From NCBI RefSeq assembly GCF_000012905.2, contig NC_007493.2, positions 660,001-692,000 of the forward strand: DNA of 32,000 nt. The letters are read 5' to 3'. The stretch comes from Cereibacter sphaeroides 2.4.1. Its GTDB lineage: Bacteria > Pseudomonadota > Alphaproteobacteria > Rhodobacterales > Rhodobacteraceae. The position numbers and the translations under genes were made by a program. This document shows positions 1 to 8,170 of the stretch, piece by piece (positions within the stretch are counted from its first letter, which is position 1; every line of letters begins with the position of its first letter). A model generated the notes under the pieces. It saw nothing but the letters and a program-made list of their open reading frames with translations. It did not search any database and was not told the DNA's origin.

Positions 1-159
1 GGCGCGTTTCTTCGCGACATCGGACAAGCCCTCCACGAAGTTGCCGCCCTTCACGAGGCGGGCGCCGAGGTCGGCATCCACCTTGATCGGCACATGCGCA
101 CGCGCACGCCCGTAATCGCCGACCTGCATGCGCAGCGGCGTGACCGTCATCTTCGACAT
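1..159 (-). CDS. Hypothetical phage head-module protein; only the N-terminal 53 codons are present and the gene runs off the window.
   Basis: ATG at 159..157 is preceded by GGAGAGAG (161..170, minus strand). The reading MSKMTVTPLRMQVGDYGRARAHVPIKVDADLGARLVKGGNFVEGLSDVAKKRA stays open to the window edge. It lies directly downstream of the capsid gene. Confidence 0.5.
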   Translation of the reverse strand, partial: MSKMTVTPLRMQVGDYGRARAHVPIKVDADLGARLVKGGNFVEGLSDVAKKRA

Positions 160-190
160 GGTCTCTCTCCAAAGGGGATCGGAACTGAGA

Positions 191-210
191 GGCGGGCCCG
201 AAGGCCCGCC
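191..210 (-). terminator. GC-rich stem-loop after the capsid gene; possible attenuator or partial terminator.
   Basis: GGCGGGCC (191..198), loop CGAA, GGCCCGCC (203..210). It sits between the capsid stop (230) and the next start (159). The minus-strand tail is only weakly U-rich. Confidence 0.35.
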
Positions 211-229
211 CCGGTCACCTGCGCCGCGA

Positions 230-1531
230 TCAGGCGACGCGGCCGAAGTCGCCGTAGATCAGCGCGGCCGCACGCTTGATGGCCAGCGCCAGCCGCTTCT
301 CGGCCCGCACGGTCAGCATGTTCTTCACGAAGTTGTCCCGGTCCTCGGACGAGATCAGCACCTCGGTGTCCATGCGGTCGTAGATCGTGGCGGCCGCGCG
401 GAAGGCCCCCACGAGGAACTTGTCCTCGTCGATCTCGGTCGTCGGCACCACGGGGCGGCCCCAGAGCACGGGACCGGCCAGCTGCAGCGGGTTCGCAAAG
501 ATGTAGCGGTTCTCGGAATCCTTGGCCGTCTCGATCAGCGCCCAGTCGATCTCGTTGAGCACCATCCCGTCCGCCGGATAGAGAGCGAGGCTCGCCTCCA
601 GCAGCGCGAAGCGCAGCTTGTCGATCGCCGTGGCGCCCGCGGGCTCGTAGACGCCGGAATAGGCGCTGGCGTTGGTGATCAGGCCCGACAGGTGCTGACC
701 CTCGCCGTCGCCCGAGAGGATCTCCGCCTCCTCGGTCAGGTCGAGACCGTAGCGAAGCTCGCCGTCGATCTCGCCCTGCAGCTGGTCGGCATCTTCCAGA
801 GCCTGCCGCGAAACCGGGATCCAGTGCGCGATGGTTCGCACCGGAGCGTCAGCGGCCTCGTATTCCAGCCCGCTCTCGGGCTTCAGCGCGCCTTCCGCCA
901 CGACGCCGGCGGCATTGGTGCGGGCCTTCATCCGGGCATACTGGACGAGGTTCGAGTTGGTGGTGGACCGGCTCAGAAGATCGCGGACGAACACCTGCCG
1001 GCGGGGGAGACCCACGATCTCGGTCTCGCGCTGGGGCGCGATCAGCGGGCCGGCCGAGGCCGAACCCGAGGTAATCGCGTTCTGCACGATGAGAGTGATG
1101 GTGCCCTTGCCGTTGAAGGCCTTGACCTGGGCGTCCATCGAGATTGCCTGCCCGAGGGTCTGGCGCGCAGTGCCCCCGCCCCGGCGACCGGACATGCGCT
1201 GCTCGATGTCGAGGTTGCGCGCATCCATGTCCTCCAGCCGCTGCTGCAGCTTGGCGACCGAATCCTGCAGGGCGTTCTGCGCGGTCAGCAGACTGTCGGC
1301 CTTGACCTTGGTCTCGTCCGAGAGCTTGCCCGCGTTCTTCGCCTCCTGGAAGGCGGTGTCGGCCGTCTTGCGGACGTCATTGCCGATGCGGTCGAGCTCC
1401 TGCTTGACCTCCTTCAGCAGGGCTTCGAGGTTGCCCGCGCCACCCTCTGCCCGGGGGGCACAGAGCACGGCATGGGGCTGGGTCGCCGCGAGGAGCGCGG
1501 ACGCCACCAGCGGCATGTTCAGATGTTTCAT
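230..1531 (-). CDS. Phage major capsid protein, HK97 family
   Basis: 433-aa ORF immediately after the prohead protease. It has a coiled-coil delta-like N-terminal region (LEALLKEVKQELDRIGNDVRK...LQQRLEDMD) and an HK97-type C-terminal body (...WGRPVVPTTEIDEDKFLVGAF...). GGAG lies 6 nt upstream of the ATG at 1531. Confidence 0.9.
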   Translation of the reverse strand: MKHLNMPLVASALLAATQPHAVLCAPRAEGGAGNLEALLKEVKQELDRIGNDVRKTADTAFQEAKNAGKLSDETKVKADSLLTAQNALQDSVAKLQQRLEDMDARNLDIEQRMSGRRGGGTARQTLGQAISMDAQVKAFNGKGTITLIVQNAITSGSASAGPLIAPQRETEIVGLPRRQVFVRDLLSRSTTNSNLVQYARMKARTNAAGVVAEGALKPESGLEYEAADAPVRTIAHWIPVSRQALEDADQLQGEIDGELRYGLDLTEEAEILSGDGEGQHLSGLITNASAYSGVYEPAGATAIDKLRFALLEASLALYPADGMVLNEIDWALIETAKDSENRYIFANPLQLAGPVLWGRPVVPTTEIDEDKFLVGAFRAAATIYDRMDTEVLISSEDRDNFVKNMLTVRAEKRLALAIKRAAALIYGDFGRVA

Positions 1532-1543
1532 GGTGATCTCCGA

Positions 1544-2383
1544 TCAGATGGTTTTCGCGAAGTTCAGGAGGTTCCGCACCTCCGCAGCGACCGCAGCGTC
1601 ATGCATGCTGGCAGGAGCAGCGCCCGGCTTGCTCCCCTTCAGGGCGGCGAGCAGCTCGCGCGCCTCAGAGCGTGAGACCCCCGCCTTGCTGGCGAGGACG
1701 TCGAATTTCCTTTCGGCGCGGGCGGAGGCCCGCCCCTCGTCGGCATCGGACAGGTCCAGCTCGTCCGCCGACAGCAGCCCGTCCGCGAAGCCCTGCTCCA
1801 CCGCCTGGCCGCCCGAGATCCACGTCTCCCGGTCGAGCATGGCCGAGATCTTCTTTGCATCGATCCCGCTGCGTGCCGCGTAGATGTCGGCCGAGACGGC
1901 ATCGAAGGGCTCGAGCCACTGCGCCACCTCGGTCAGCGCGTGGCGGTCGCCGGCCGCGAGCACCCAGGTGTTGTGGATCATCAGGAAGCCCGCCCGGGCG
2001 ATGCGGATCTCGTCGCCCGCCATGGCGATGACGCTGGCGGCCGAGGCGGCGACACCGAGCACCCGGACCGTCACCTTCGCGGGATGCTCGCGCAGCGCGT
2101 TGTAGATCGCGAGGCCCTCGAAGAAGTCCCCGCCCGGGCTGTTGATGTTGACCACCACATCCCGGTCGCCGATTGCGCGGAGCGCCCCGCTGATCCGCTT
2201 TGCCGTCACGCCGTCGCCCCAGAAGTCCTGCCCGATCACCTCGAGGATCGAGATGCTGGCATCGCCCTCTTCGGCGGCCGATCGAACATCGGGGTTCCAG
2301 CGCTGCAGCGCCTTCACGTTCACATCGCTCCGGATGCCGGGCTTGGCCGAGACTTCGGCCTTCGGCAGGTCGCGCATGCTCAT
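1544..2383 (-). CDS. Prohead (head maturation) serine protease, ClpP/S14 family, with a C-terminal extension
   Basis: ClpP-like motifs NINSPGGDFFEG, GVAASAASVIAMAG and FLMIHN. ATGA overlap with the portal stop (2380..2383). Canonical position between portal and capsid. Confidence 0.9.
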   Translation of the reverse strand: MSMRDLPKAEVSAKPGIRSDVNVKALQRWNPDVRSAAEEGDASISILEVIGQDFWGDGVTAKRISGALRAIGDRDVVVNINSPGGDFFEGLAIYNALREHPAKVTVRVLGVAASAASVIAMAGDEIRIARAGFLMIHNTWVLAAGDRHALTEVAQWLEPFDAVSADIYAARSGIDAKKISAMLDRETWISGGQAVEQGFADGLLSADELDLSDADEGRASARAERKFDVLASKAGVSRSEARELLAALKGSKPGAAPASMHDAAVAAEVRNLLNFAKTI

Positions 2384-3630
2384 GCCTGATTCTCCTTCTG
2401 GCCGAGATCGGATAGCGGCGCCATCGCGGTCTGAGCCGTCAGCTCGTCGCCGCCGTCGCGCCGGGAAAGGTTCAGTTTCTCGCGGGCCTCGTTGCGGGAC
2501 ATGATCCCGTTGGAGACGAGCTTGGTCAGAAACTCGGACTTGGCCTTGCTGTCCATCTGGAGGATGCCCTCGCGGTTGAACTCGGCGTAGCGCGAGAGCC
2601 GCTCACCCCGGGGCATCAGATCCTTTTGGATCCGCTTCTCGATGCGCCGCAGCACCGGGTTCAGCCCGAGCTCCATCCAGGCGATCAGGATCTGCTCGAC
2701 GCCCGAGCCCCACATCGTCTGGCCCTCGCCCGCGTGGCCGATCACGATCGGCGGCACCCCGAACCAGCGGCAGATGTCCTCGACCTGGAAACGCCGGGTC
2801 TCCAGCATCTGGGCATCTTCGGGGTTCAGCGTCAGCGCCTCGAAGCTCATTCCGGCTTCGAGCACCATCACCTTCCAGGCGTTGTCCGAGCTGCGGTAGG
2901 CCTCCAGCATCGTCCGCATCTGCTGACGCTGCTCGGCGGTCAGCGTTTGCCCTGCCTTCAGCACCCCCGAGATCTGCATCCCGTTCGAGAAGAGCTTGCC
3001 CGCGCTCTCGTCGGCCGCCAGCGCCGTGCCCATGGTCTGGACGCCGAAGTTGATGGCCGACAGCCCCATGTCCCCGCCGAAGCCGAACCCCTTCACATGG
3101 AAGACCTTGTCGCGGGGCAGCACCTCGCTCTTCCCCCGATCAAGGATCTGGTAGAAGAGCTCGCCGTCGCTGTTGCGGATCGGGCGGGTCATGTTGGCCG
3201 GCAGCGGCTGCAGCGACGACAGCCGCCCGCCGATGTCGGTCCGCTCGGAATAGCAGTTGCCGTTGACCATCAGCCACGCCACCTGCCCCTCCCAGTGCTC
3301 GAGCGCGGTCTGATCGAGGTTCGGCGAGACCGAGAGGACCTCGGCCAGCCGGTCATCCACCGAGCTGCGGGAGCCGTCGCCTTCCTTGCGGTAGACGGCG
3401 AGCGGCAGGGCCGAGATGGCCATGGCGGTCTGACGGACGCAGGCCCAGACGGCCGAGAGCTGCATGGCCTTGTCGAGGGTGACCGGCTTGCCGGCCGCGG
3501 ATGTCCTGCCGAAGAGCCGCGACCATCCCGGGCCGTCCGACAGCGACAGACGCCGTTCCTTCTCGATGTCGTAGGCGGCGCTGCGGACCTGCGCCGGCAG
3601 GCGCGCGGCGAGGCGGGTGATGAGGGACAT
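2380..3630 (-). CDS. Phage portal protein, HK97 family
   Basis: 416-aa ORF between TerL and the protease, with size and order typical of a portal. The start codon overlaps the TerL stop (TGATG at 3628..3632). Confidence 0.85.
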   Translation of the reverse strand: MSLITRLAARLPAQVRSAAYDIEKERRLSLSDGPGWSRLFGRTSAAGKPVTLDKAMQLSAVWACVRQTAMAISALPLAVYRKEGDGSRSSVDDRLAEVLSVSPNLDQTALEHWEGQVAWLMVNGNCYSERTDIGGRLSSLQPLPANMTRPIRNSDGELFYQILDRGKSEVLPRDKVFHVKGFGFGGDMGLSAINFGVQTMGTALAADESAGKLFSNGMQISGVLKAGQTLTAEQRQQMRTMLEAYRSSDNAWKVMVLEAGMSFEALTLNPEDAQMLETRRFQVEDICRWFGVPPIVIGHAGEGQTMWGSGVEQILIAWMELGLNPVLRRIEKRIQKDLMPRGERLSRYAEFNREGILQMDSKAKSEFLTKLVSNGIMSRNEAREKLNLSRRDGGDELTAQTAMAPLSDLGQKENQA

Positions 3631-5339
3631 CAGATCACCAGCACCGGGTCGGACAGGAAGTCGTCGAGGCTTGCCGGAGCCTGAGGATTGGTGTCCATCA
3701 GCACCGCCCCCGTGAAGAGGGCGATCAGGGGATCGATCTTAGCCACACCTGCAGCCTCCTTCGTTATGTAGACATTGTTCCCGCGCTGCTCGGCCTTCGC
3801 GTTGCCGACGCACCATGTCATCATCGGCTGGCCGGCATGCCGGATGCGGCCGTCGAGCAGCCGCCGCTCCAGTCCCTTCACCGCGCCGTTCAGCTTGTAG
3901 CCCTGCCCGATGGGTGCGATCCGCGTGGACGGATCGAAGCCCTCGGCCTCCAGCGCATCGACGAGAGCCGCCACGCCATAGGGGTCGAGGCCGATGCAGA
4001 CGCCGTCCGGAAGCCTGCCCGCGTCCCGCGCCTCGCAGATGATCGCGACCGCCTCCTCGACATGCTCGGCCGCGCCGTCGGTGATCCGAAGATCTCCGGC
4101 CCTCTCCAACTCCTCGAGCCGGGGCGCGATCTCCTTGCGGTTCTTCAGCACGTCTCTGACGCACCACGCCCAGCTGCGGGTCAGCCAGATCTTGGTCTCG
4201 CGGTGCCGGCCGATGGCCGTGAGGCCGAAGAGATCGTCCGCGCCGCCGACATCGCCGCCGAAGATGACAACCTCGCACTGGTCGAGCAGCTGCGCATAGG
4301 TCAGCCCCGGCTCCGCATTCTTCAGCCAGTAGTCCGCCCCGACCCACCGGTCGGAATGCAGGCCGATGCCCATCTCCACGTTGAGATGCTGCGAGGCGAA
4401 GAGCGCGAGCTTGTCGTCCCCGCCCTCCTGCGCCTCCACGAACTTCTCGCGCAGGAAGTCGATCGAGACCGACCGCTCGAGGTTCGGGTTCACCAGCCCC
4501 CAGGTGCTGTCGTCCATCCATGCCTTGGCGGCCTGCATCTTTGCCGGCAGCTCGTAGAGCACCGGCAGGATCGGCAGGCTCACCTTGCCATCGCGCACGT
4601 CGCGGGCCAGCTTCAGCCGCCGCTTGAACTCGCCATGCGGCTGGACCTTCGACTGGGTCGTGATCTCCAGCAGGAAGCCCTCGGGCCGGGAGGCGAGCCC
4701 GCCCTCCAGCTCTAGATAGATCGCATCCGCCTTCGACTTGTGGCCGAGAACGTGGGTCTCATCCACGAGGATGTAGGCCGCCTTCGACCCGGTAATGACA
4801 TCGCCATCGGCCGAGAGGATGCGGATCACCGCGCCCGTGTTCATGTGCACGATCGTCTTGGAGTGATCCTTGACGTCGAAAATGCCGCCCTTTTCCTTGT
4901 CGAGCCGCGGGTCGAGCCGGATGATCCCGGCCGCCTGGCGGAAGGCGATGTCAGAGATCTTCTGCGTCTCGGCGATCAGGATCGCCTCCGCCAGCGGGCG
5001 CTCGTTGAGGATCACCGCCGTCACGATGATCGCGGCCGAGATCGATGACTTCCCGTTCTTCTTCGGGATCATCACGAAGAACTGCCGGATCATCCGGCGG
5101 CGGGTCTCCGGGTCGTAGGCGCCGAAGATGGCCCTCACGAGATCGAAGATCCATTCCTCGCAGACCTCGCCCAGCGTCGGCGTCCCGATCATGTCCGGGA
5201 CGCGCAGGCTCTTGAAGATCCGCAGCGCCTTGTCCGCGACCGGCCGGAAGAGCGGCAGGTCGGGGATCAGCGAACGGCCTGACGCGAGCCGCTCCGCCCA
5301 GTCCGGGCAGGCGGTCGACCAGTCATTGGCGTGGATCAT
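3630..5339 (-). CDS. Terminase large subunit
   Basis: 569 aa. Terminase_1-type Walker A region (FFVMIPKKNGKSSISAAII) and Walker B-like YILVDETHVLG. Followed by the portal and preceded by the small-terminase-like gene. Confidence 0.9.
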   Translation of the reverse strand: MIHANDWSTACPDWAERLASGRSLIPDLPLFRPVADKALRIFKSLRVPDMIGTPTLGEVCEEWIFDLVRAIFGAYDPETRRRMIRQFFVMIPKKNGKSSISAAIIVTAVILNERPLAEAILIAETQKISDIAFRQAAGIIRLDPRLDKEKGGIFDVKDHSKTIVHMNTGAVIRILSADGDVITGSKAAYILVDETHVLGHKSKADAIYLELEGGLASRPEGFLLEITTQSKVQPHGEFKRRLKLARDVRDGKVSLPILPVLYELPAKMQAAKAWMDDSTWGLVNPNLERSVSIDFLREKFVEAQEGGDDKLALFASQHLNVEMGIGLHSDRWVGADYWLKNAEPGLTYAQLLDQCEVVIFGGDVGGADDLFGLTAIGRHRETKIWLTRSWAWCVRDVLKNRKEIAPRLEELERAGDLRITDGAAEHVEEAVAIICEARDAGRLPDGVCIGLDPYGVAALVDALEAEGFDPSTRIAPIGQGYKLNGAVKGLERRLLDGRIRHAGQPMMTWCVGNAKAEQRGNNVYITKEAAGVAKIDPLIALFTGAVLMDTNPQAPASLDDFLSDPVLVI

Positions 5340-5340
5340 G

Positions 5341-5817
5341 TCAGTGCGTCCGGTAGACGCCCGGCGTCAGGTCCGGGTCCGAGATCGCCGCCTCTGCCGC
5401 GGCGCGGCGCGCGGCCTCCTTCTTGCCGATCGGCTCAGCGGCCGCATCGGCCGGCTGATCCTTCAGGGCCTGCTCGGCCGCCAGGCGGTCCCGCTTCTCC
5501 ATGATCTTCCCGAGTTCCTTGAGCGCGCCGACATTGCCCTTGTTGGCCTCATCCGCGAGGACCTTCGCCCGCCACAGCTCGAACCGGGTCCGCTGCATCG
5601 ACGCGGCACGCAGCTCGGAAAAATAATACTTCCGCAAGGTGGGCAGGGAGATGTGCAGCCCCTGCGCGATCTCCTCGGCCTTGTAGCCGAGCGCCAAGCC
5701 CATGATCACCTTGTCGGCGTTCGATTTGGACCACTGGTGGGACGGCCGTCCACGACGCCCCGAGGGCAGCGTGACGCAGTCGCCGAAAAGGTCGATTGTC
5801 GTTTTTCCGCTGTCCAA
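5341..5817 (-). CDS. Terminase small subunit-like HTH protein
   Basis: 158 aa. A GRPSH motif is followed by an HTH (YKAEEIAQGLHISLPTLRKYYFSEL), as in small terminases of alphaproteobacterial HK97-like phages. The stop lies 1 nt from the TerL start. The start is a TTG with no clear SD, so the N-terminus is uncertain. Confidence 0.7.
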   Translation of the reverse strand: MDSGKTTIDLFGDCVTLPSGRRGRPSHQWSKSNADKVIMGLALGYKAEEIAQGLHISLPTLRKYYFSELRAASMQRTRFELWRAKVLADEANKGNVGALKELGKIMEKRDRLAAEQALKDQPADAAAEPIGKKEAARRAAAEAAISDPDLTPGVYRTH

Positions 5818-5859
5818 GAAAAAAATCTCCGCGTGAGGGGAGCGCGGGTCTTCCTTCCG

Positions 5860-6759
5860 TCACCCCCTGGACTTTGCACCCACCCCCGGGTGAGGGGGCG
5901 CGATGACAACCTCGCCGGGCCGGGGGCCATAGTCGGCCCACCACCTCGCGACGACGGCGGCAATGCCTGCCTTCCGCCGGTCTCCGGCAGCTGCATCGGC
6001 CTGGCACCGGCGCACGCACTCTGCCTCCGGCGTGGCCAGCACCACGATCCGCTCGGGGCGCAGGCGATCCGCCCACCATTGCCGGTGATCGGCCCGGGGC
6101 TCGGTCAGGATCAGCCACGCGCGCGGCCACCGGCCCCGGGCGCTGGTCCGCATCAGGTCGCCCAGCATGGCGTTCCGCTCCCGCAGCACATCACCGATGC
6201 GCCGGTCGCCCTCCTCCGCATTGAGGCGGTCGATCCCGAGCAGCCGGCGCGTGATCTGCTCGAAGCAGATGACCAGATCGTCGGGCCCGGCCGCTGCTCT
6301 CACCCACGTCGACTTGCCCGCGCCCGGCGGGCCCACGACGATGGTGAGCGGCACATGCACGGGCCGGAACCAATCGGGCCGTGCCATCGGAGCAGGCGAT
6401 GCCGCCTGCGGTTGCGCGCGCTCCTCACTCTGCTTCACGCTGTCATGGCAGGACTTGCACAGACACTGCAGGTTGGCGCGATCCCAGAACAGCGCCTCGT
6501 CGCCCCGGTGCGGTACCTTGTGGTCAGCCACGAGCTGCGATGTGTTCCCCTCGACCCGGCCGCACATGCGGCAGGTGAAGGCCGCCTCGGTCAGGATCTC
6601 CCACCGAAGCGCGCGCCAGCGGGCGGTGTTATACCACGCGCGCCACGGCGAGAACGTCAGGCGAGCCTTGGTCCTGCTGCGGCCTTCACCGCCCGAGAGC
6701 GATGCCAGGCGTGCGGGCGCAGAGGCAAGCCGCTGCGGGATCTTCCTGAGCCGCGCCAT
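5860..6759 (-). CDS. HNH endonuclease fused to a P-loop NTPase/kinase-like domain
   Basis: The N-terminal half has an HNH signature (CRMCGR...ADHKVPHRGDEALFWDRANLQCLCKSCHD). The C-terminal half has Walker A VVGPPGAGKST, a hydrophobic strand WLILTEP and a kinase-like ATPEAECVRRC. It is one uninterrupted 299-aa frame, immediately upstream of TerS. Confidence 0.8.
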   Translation of the reverse strand: MARLRKIPQRLASAPARLASLSGGEGRSRTKARLTFSPWRAWYNTARWRALRWEILTEAAFTCRMCGRVEGNTSQLVADHKVPHRGDEALFWDRANLQCLCKSCHDSVKQSEERAQPQAASPAPMARPDWFRPVHVPLTIVVGPPGAGKSTWVRAAAGPDDLVICFEQITRRLLGIDRLNAEEGDRRIGDVLRERNAMLGDLMRTSARGRWPRAWLILTEPRADHRQWWADRLRPERIVVLATPEAECVRRCQADAAAGDRRKAGIAAVVARWWADYGPRPGEVVIAPPHPGVGAKSRG

Positions 6760-6794
6760 GTCTGCCTGCCATGATGAGGGTGCCGGAACGAGAA

Positions 6795-6824
6795 GCGCCC
6801 GGGGAGCATCTGCTCTCCGGGCGC
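6795..6824 (-). terminator. Strong stem-loop between an unknown gene and the HNH gene; intrinsic-terminator-like on the minus strand.
   Basis: 13-bp stem GCGCCCGGGGAGC (6795..6807) / GCTCTCCGGGCGC (6812..6824) with a 4-nt loop. One position pairs as G.U on the plus-strand RNA but is an A.C mismatch on the minus-strand RNA. The minus-strand tail is UUCUCGUU. Confidence 0.45.
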
Positions 6825-6865
6825 CATTCGGTCCGCCTGCAAAATGTCAATGCAGTGAGGTTCTG

Positions 6866-7528
6866 TCAACGGCCTTGTTCGCGCCATGGCGACATGGGCG
6901 GCATGTCTGCGGTCAGTTGGACCGTCGACAGAATGTCGAGCGTGCGCAGCTCGTGGCCGAGATGCAGCAAAGCCCCCCACCATGTGAGCCACTCGCGCCG
7001 CGCGGCGGCAATCTGGGCGTGGCTCGGGGCATAGGTAACAGGACAGGCCTCGACCGGCCGGACGACCCGACGCCCGCGGTGCACCGTCACGATCTCATCC
7101 ACCACCTCGATCCGCGCGAACATCCCGTGCTTGGATCGGCGCCAGTCGCGCGGCACACAACGCGGGCGCGCGTCGGGCATCCAGTCGGGCCGCAGGCCGG
7201 CGCGCGCGAGGGTGGCGATCTTCACCGCCATGCCGCGCCCGCCATGCTCGGGTGGAAGCGCCGCCACGGCCGAGGCGATCATCTCGGCATCGTCAGCCGG
7301 AAGGGAATGCCCGCCGCCGTCGATGCGGCACCCGATGGCGCCCCGCTGCGCCACCAGCCAGGCCGACGAGACGGTCCGGCGATAGCTGTCCGGTGCGGCT
7401 TCTTCCGCGAAGTCGACGCTGGCGCACTCGGTCTGGAACGCCCAGACCAGCGCGCGTTCGATCGACATCTCTCGCCGCGCCGGCGCCACCGGCTCCGCCC
7501 GCCGCAGGTCCACCGCGCGCCCGATCAT
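6866..7528 (-). CDS. Hypothetical phage protein
   Basis: 220-aa ORF. ATGA overlap (7525..7528) with the upstream gene. No motif recognised by eye. Confidence 0.65.
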   Translation of the reverse strand: MIGRAVDLRRAEPVAPARREMSIERALVWAFQTECASVDFAEEAAPDSYRRTVSSAWLVAQRGAIGCRIDGGGHSLPADDAEMIASAVAALPPEHGGRGMAVKIATLARAGLRPDWMPDARPRCVPRDWRRSKHGMFARIEVVDEIVTVHRGRRVVRPVEACPVTYAPSHAQIAAARREWLTWWGALLHLGHELRTLDILSTVQLTADMPPMSPWREQGR

Positions 7529-8139
7529 GCCGCCGCCCCTTCCTTGCGGGCGCGGCCGGCATCCACCAGCGCGCGGGCCTGTGCCCGGTCGCGGAGATAG
7601 AGCTCGAGCCAGTCGCGATCCTCGCGGCTGGCCGTCTCGCGGTCGATCCGGTCACGGATCAGCTCGCAGCGCCGGGCGTTGTCCTGCGCCTCATCCCGGA
7701 TCTCGCGCAGGTCCATCGCGAGCGGCGGGCGGGGGTGTTTGAGGAGCCAGCGGTAGAGCTCCACCAGATGCCCGCCGGCCTCGGCCTTCGGCCCCTCGAC
7801 CGAGGCGAGCCAGCTCGAGACCAGCCGGCGTTCCGCCGGCGGCGGCTCCTCGATGGCCCGCGCGAACTGCCGGATCAGCACCTCGGACGGCCAGACCCCA
7901 TCGGCCGCGCTGTCGATCAGCACCTCGGCCAAGGTCATCAGGTTCTCCGCGCCCATGTAGCCCAGCTGCTCGCAGAGCCTGGCCATCGCCGCCTCGTGCG
8001 CCGCGGCGGCCGTGCCGCGCCGCCTCACCATCCCGGCCTGCTCCAGCCGGTCCACCACCAGCGCCTTCACCCGCGCTCGCTCCTCTGCCTTCGTCATGGC
8101 CATCCCTTTCTCAGCCAGCCACGCCTGCCGTCTCGCCAC
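7525..8139 (-). CDS. Hypothetical phage protein
   Basis: 204-aa ORF translationally coupled to the next gene. The start is ambiguous: GTG at 8139, or ATG at 8103 or 8097. No motif recognised. Confidence 0.6.
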   Translation of the reverse strand: MARRQAWLAEKGMAMTKAEERARVKALVVDRLEQAGMVRRRGTAAAAHEAAMARLCEQLGYMGAENLMTLAEVLIDSAADGVWPSEVLIRQFARAIEEPPPAERRLVSSWLASVEGPKAEAGGHLVELYRWLLKHPRPPLAMDLREIRDEAQDNARRCELIRDRIDRETASREDRDWLELYLRDRAQARALVDAGRARKEGAAA

Positions 8140-8170
8140 CGCCCGATCTTCTCACCCCTGCAGAAGGGAT

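Noticed and set aside
128-1883. Long plus-strand ORFs antisense to the capsid and protease genes (128..1675, 831..1883). The same applies to 2626..3684, 3837..4715, 5128..6774, 6167..7600, 7252..8376, 12088..13689(-), 14283..15242(-), 16723..19230(-), 22234..23721, 23782..26112(-), 24429..26657, 26811..28022, 27902..29758(-) and 29587..31614.
   Set aside because: These are typical high-GC shadow ORFs. They are Arg/Pro/Gly/Ala-rich with low-complexity composition. Each is antisense to, or out of frame with, a gene that has clear family motifs.
1-5817. Whether the terminase-portal-protease-capsid block is a gene transfer agent (RcGTA-like) cluster rather than a prophage
   Set aside because: The block is contiguous with a repressor/Cro switch, replication-type genes, and excisionase and integrase next to a tRNA. 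A full-size TerS/HNH module is also present. This is the organisation of a bona fide temperate phage.
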